A stretch of 64,000 nucleotides of DNA. Origin: Tubulanus polymorphus (lineage: Eukaryota; Animalia; Nemertea). How positions within the stretch are numbered: position 1 is the stretch's first letter; every line of letters begins with the position of its first letter. The stretch is taken from NCBI RefSeq assembly GCF_964204645.1, contig NC_134025.1, positions 17,087,101 through 17,151,100 on the forward strand, read 5' to 3'. The notes under the pieces are model-generated. The model ran no database searches. It saw only the letters and a program-made list of their open reading frames with translations, and had not been told where the DNA came from. A program made the position numbers and the translations under genes. Of this stretch, positions 60,032-64,000 are shown piece by piece.

Positions 60032-61279
60032 CTAATATTGAATACTATCTAACTGTGAATTTACAATATTTAATTGTGCATCAGATATAATATAAATGTG
60101 CATTTTAAAATTTTTGTCTCCTCTTTTCTTTTTCATGAATAATTGTATTCCGTCTTTAGTGTTCTGTAGTTTTTTCCCAGAACCATGTAATAAATTATCT
60201 TCAGTTATTCTGAAATCTAACCATAATGAATATTTATCGCCGGTGTAATAATCAATTTGATTAATATTACAATTTTCAAATGATTTTACTTTTTCATTCA
60301 TAAAATGTTTTCTAATTTCTGGCCACTGATCTATCATTCTCATTCCTTGACAAAATATTTTATTTGATATTCCTTCGATAGTTATTTCTACTTTTGTTAT
60401 TTCAGGATTATAATAATTATCTACCTTTATTGCACCATTAGAATATGTTGCAATGGTAAAAAATATTAATATACCTTTAATAGATCTTCTTGGGAAGTTA
60501 ATATTCTCATTAATAATTTCATCATTTGCATTAATAGTTACAGTTTTAAATTTATCAATATAATCATATAATAATGAAAATCCTTGATTGTATTGAGTTT
60601 GAATTGTGCTAGCAATATTTTCATCAGTTACTGTATCATATTCTAAACATATATTCGATAATTTATATCCCATATCTTTAACAACGCTAGATAATACAAT
60701 TTCATTTACAGGAGCAAATGTTATCTCAAATATAATACCTTCTTGAATTGAGTATTTATATAAAGGTGCATTATTATTTATCAATTCAAAATCTAATGGA
60801 ATTTTATATTTGCTTCCATAAATCTTTTTTATCAAATTATCTGTGGCACGAGTTACTATTGCGTCATTAGCTCCTGATCTTAATTTATTATGGTTTTCCG
60901 ATTGTATCCCCTGAAATATCATATTATTTCTATTTTCTTTAGTTAACCATAAATCTTTATAATGCATAAATAAATTATAATCATCTAATGAGAAAACTGT
61001 TTCTGGTCCAATCTTTATAGTTAATTTTTTAATCAAATATCTCCCAACATTATTAACAACATAATTATTATCATGACCAGTTACTTTTATATCAGCTGAT
61101 AAATAAATACTATTTGGAACATAAAAAGTATTTTGTGTTAATCGAGGAATTCTAACATATAAAGTTTCATCGGGATTAATATTTGAAGGATTATGAGTAA
61201 TTATATGATGTGATCTTTCTGCTTTAATAGCATTAGATATTCTAGAAATCTTAGAAGGACTTATATAACTCCCACTCAT
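60032..61279 (-). CDS. Putative double-jelly-roll major capsid protein, intact 415 aa
   Basis: Size, beta-strand-rich pattern (L.VRIP, IKKLTIKIG, YKIPLDF, LSNICLEYD, KVEITIEG), position beside integrase and ATPase; resembles Polinton-like capsids; fold not verified. Confidence 0.75.
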   Translation of the reverse strand: MSGSYISPSKISRISNAIKAERSHHIITHNPSNINPDETLYVRIPRLTQNTFYVPNSIYLSADIKVTGHDNNYVVNNVGRYLIKKLTIKIGPETVFSLDDYNLFMHYKDLWLTKENRNNMIFQGIQSENHNKLRSGANDAIVTRATDNLIKKIYGSKYKIPLDFELINNNAPLYKYSIQEGIIFEITFAPVNEIVLSSVVKDMGYKLSNICLEYDTVTDENIASTIQTQYNQGFSLLYDYIDKFKTVTINANDEIINENINFPRRSIKGILIFFTIATYSNGAIKVDNYYNPEITKVEITIEGISNKIFCQGMRMIDQWPEIRKHFMNEKVKSFENCNINQIDYYTGDKYSLWLDFRITEDNLLHGSGKKLQNTKDGIQLFMKKKRGDKNFKMHIYIISDAQLNIVNSQLDSIQY

Positions 61280-61299
61280 TTATTTAACAAAAAAATTAA

Positions 61300-62718
61300 T
61301 TATTTATTTTTAATCATATTCACTAACCCAAAAATTATAGCACTTACAACTGTAATTAAAAATAAAATAATATGTTCAGCAGCAAAGTTAAGAATATTAC
61401 CTGCAGATTTCAATATAAAACCAACAATTGATGCAATAATTCCTGGTAAAGCTGCAGCAGATTTTTTAGATAGTTCCCATAAATATTTTGCTAATTTCTT
61501 TAAACCATCCTTAACTTTATCTTGTATAGAATTATTACCTGGGGGCTTATCCGGTTTATTTGGAGTAGGAGTAGATTTTAAAGCATTTGATATTGCTAAA
61601 CCAATTGTTGTAAATAACATAGTTACAGCTGTTAGAATTGAAAGAATTGTTATTCCTTCTAATTTATATAATAACTTTATTCTATCTTTCAATGATATTT
61701 CAGAATTTGGTTTTATCAATAAATCTTTAAAAATAACTTTTAATCTATTAATATTATAATCATATGATTTTAATAATAATTTAATTTCTTCTTTCTGTAC
61801 TTCTAAATTATCTTTTAAATTATTAATTTCTTTTTCTAAACGTAATTCTTTTTGCCTATATTCTATTTCATCAATTACTTGATGATCTAAATCAGACTTT
61901 ATTTGTTCTATTTCTTTATTTGCATTAGTTAATTCTTTTTCCAAATACATAATTTTTTGATCTCTTATACTTTTATTATGTGCAATTTTATCAGCTTCAT
62001 TTCTTATACTAATAATTTCTCTAATTGCTTCATCAGAAAATATATTTAAATCTTCTAATTGTTGATCTGTTGCATCAAGTAATCCATTCGGTAAAAGTTT
62101 TTCAATTGGAACTTTATTTGATTTAAGTTTACTAGTTTTGGAAGTTATATTCTGTTCAGAAGTTGTTTCTGTTTCTGATTTCTTTTTGATTATTTCAAAT
62201 AATTCATTAATTCTTTGTTTAAATACGTCTATATTATCATCTATTTCTTTTTGCGTAACATCAGTTATTTCATTACTATTACTTATTATTTTAATTTTAT
62301 CTGGTTCTAATTTTGATTCTGCTAATATTTTATTTTTATTATTTTTATAAGTGATATCAATATAATAATCACCTTTCAAACGATAATAACATTTACCATC
62401 TAAAAATTTTAATTGATCTGCTAAAAGTCCAACGTCTTCATCATTTATGTTAAGTTTAGATTTTTCAATTAAATCTTCTAATTTAGGTATTTTGTTTAAA
62501 TTATCTAAATCTTGTTTTACTAAATCTGGGTCTAAATTTTCAGGATTTAATTGTGATTCTGCATTTTTAATATAATCAGGCATATTCAAATTATTATTAT
62601 ATTCTGGCTCATTACCATCATTAAAACTTGTTTCATCAAAATCAGGTGGTTGTTCATCAGTTATGCCAGGTTCATCAAAATTATCCATTCCAATATCTTC
62701 TCCACCTTCTACATCCAT
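61300..62718 (-). CDS. 472-aa coiled-coil protein with C-terminal hydrophobic helices
   Basis: Acidic N-terminus, long coiled coil, GITILSILTAVTMLFTTIGLAI, ALPGIIASIVGFIL, IILFLITVVSAIIFGLV. Confidence 0.75.
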   Translation of the reverse strand: MDVEGGEDIGMDNFDEPGITDEQPPDFDETSFNDGNEPEYNNNLNMPDYIKNAESQLNPENLDPDLVKQDLDNLNKIPKLEDLIEKSKLNINDEDVGLLADQLKFLDGKCYYRLKGDYYIDITYKNNKNKILAESKLEPDKIKIISNSNEITDVTQKEIDDNIDVFKQRINELFEIIKKKSETETTSEQNITSKTSKLKSNKVPIEKLLPNGLLDATDQQLEDLNIFSDEAIREIISIRNEADKIAHNKSIRDQKIMYLEKELTNANKEIEQIKSDLDHQVIDEIEYRQKELRLEKEINNLKDNLEVQKEEIKLLLKSYDYNINRLKVIFKDLLIKPNSEISLKDRIKLLYKLEGITILSILTAVTMLFTTIGLAISNALKSTPTPNKPDKPPGNNSIQDKVKDGLKKLAKYLWELSKKSAAALPGIIASIVGFILKSAGNILNFAAEHIILFLITVVSAIIFGLVNMIKNK

Positions 62719-62734
62719 TTATATAATAAAAAAA

Positions 62735-64000
62735 TTAAAATTTAAAATATAATATTCCTCCTATAACAATTCCTATACAAGTTAAAGCTAATTTAGTATT
62801 TTCATGGAATTTTTTATCATTATCAGTTTTAATTATATCATGCTGAATATTATCAGTTTTAATATTTTCTGATGTATTATAATCTTTTATTTTGGAGTCA
62901 TTATCCAATTTAATATTCTTAGTTTTAGTTTCTGTTGATTGAATATGTTTTTTATTTTTTTCACCTTCCATTAATTTTGGAGCAGTAATTATCTTTTTAT
63001 TTATATCATTCAATCCAAATGAATTATTTATTGTTGCAGTTTTAATTAGATTATTATAACCAATTATATTTCCCATCTTTAATACTAAATCATTAGAAAT
63101 AATTAATAGATTAGGGCCTATACAATAATTTAATCTAATATGTGATTTATCTAAATAATTTTGATATCTTACAATGTTTTCTGGAATCGATCTATTTTTA
63201 TCATTATGTATGGAATCTTCAAATAAAACTTTAAATTGTTTTTGTGTATCGAATGATGTATTCAAATTTCCAATTATCGGTGATCTTGTTTCAACTTGTG
63301 CACCTAGAATACATATCAAATAAGTTCTAATAGATTGATTTATTCTTTGTATACCTGATTTTGTAAAACCTTCATTATTTTCTAAAATGAAATAAACCCA
63401 ACCATTATTGTTTTCTTGTTTTAAATTATCATAAAATGTCGGTAATTTATTGAAATTTAATGTTTCTAAATCCTTTGTTTCTATTTTACCATAACCTAAT
63501 TTATTACTATAGATATTATAAAAACTATTAGATGGTATGGGAAGTGCACAATATTCTGCAATCTTTTTAGGGCAAGGAAGTGATCTTATCGTTCCAATTT
63601 TTGTTCTAAAATCAGAATTATTTATATCTATATTTAATTCATTACAAATTTTATAAAACTTTGATAAATTAATATTATTATCTAATTCTTTAAAATATCT
63701 AGATCCTGGTAAAGCGCACTCTAATTCATTTAATATTATTCTGATTTGAAAGTATGTATGAAATCTAAATAAACTTTGAATTAATTTATATTATAGAATT
63801 ATTCAAATGATCATTCCAACTAATTCCACAACCTGTTGTTGCACAATAAACAGCAAAATTGAATTGGTTCTGCCAATACTTCATATTAGATTTTAATAAC
63901 CATTGTTTTTCATCTTTCAATTTTTTAAAATTAATTAAATATACATGAAATATATTTTCCATCTTTGCATTAAAATTATTAGTTTCAGTAACATAAATTT
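62735..64000 (-). pseudogene. Homolog of 41875..43053, 5' end outside window
   Basis: WQNQFNFAVYCATTGCGISWNDH near 63810-63880; frameshift near 63790. Confidence 0.75.

Larger units (their letters stand above)
56359..64000 (-). mobile_element. Polinton element D (continues beyond window)
   Basis: About 85-bp end related to 48531-48614; ATPase, integrase, capsid and conserved ORFs on the minus strand. Confidence 0.75.

Noticed and set aside
48531-64000. Free virus or bacterial contaminant contig
   Set aside because: Genes are pseudogenised, interrupted by a MITE with TSD, and contiguous with eukaryotic retroelements

Overview
AT-rich eukaryotic DNA, most likely invertebrate animal (spliceosomal introns in a Harbinger transposase, plus Penelope, LINE, SINE and solo-LTR insertions). 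No host gene is recognisable. The window is a nest of at least five related, mostly decayed Polinton/Maverick-type endogenous DNA virus copies. Their genes include protein-primed PolB, rve integrase with chromodomain, A32/FtsK-like packaging ATPase, a putative double-jelly-roll capsid, penton remnants and an HNH nuclease; I see no adenain protease. Element A spans 6857-47714 with TIRs and a GGTAGC target-site duplication that splits a LINE ORF1. It has been swollen to about 41 kb by nested elements and an apparently transposon-mediated inversion. Main observations: (1) a LAGLIDADG intein in the catalytic YFD/TDS motif of one PolB, with an intein-free allele 7 kb away; (2) a T-run + TAAATG motif, like poxvirus late promoters, at the start codon of most viral genes, suggesting a virophage-like dependence on a helper virus; (3) self-palindromic fold-back termini; (4) a 28-bp GC hairpin at three unrelated sites, two of them in-frame in ORFs. 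All alignments were done by eye, so boundaries are approximate unless a TSD or TIR fixes them.
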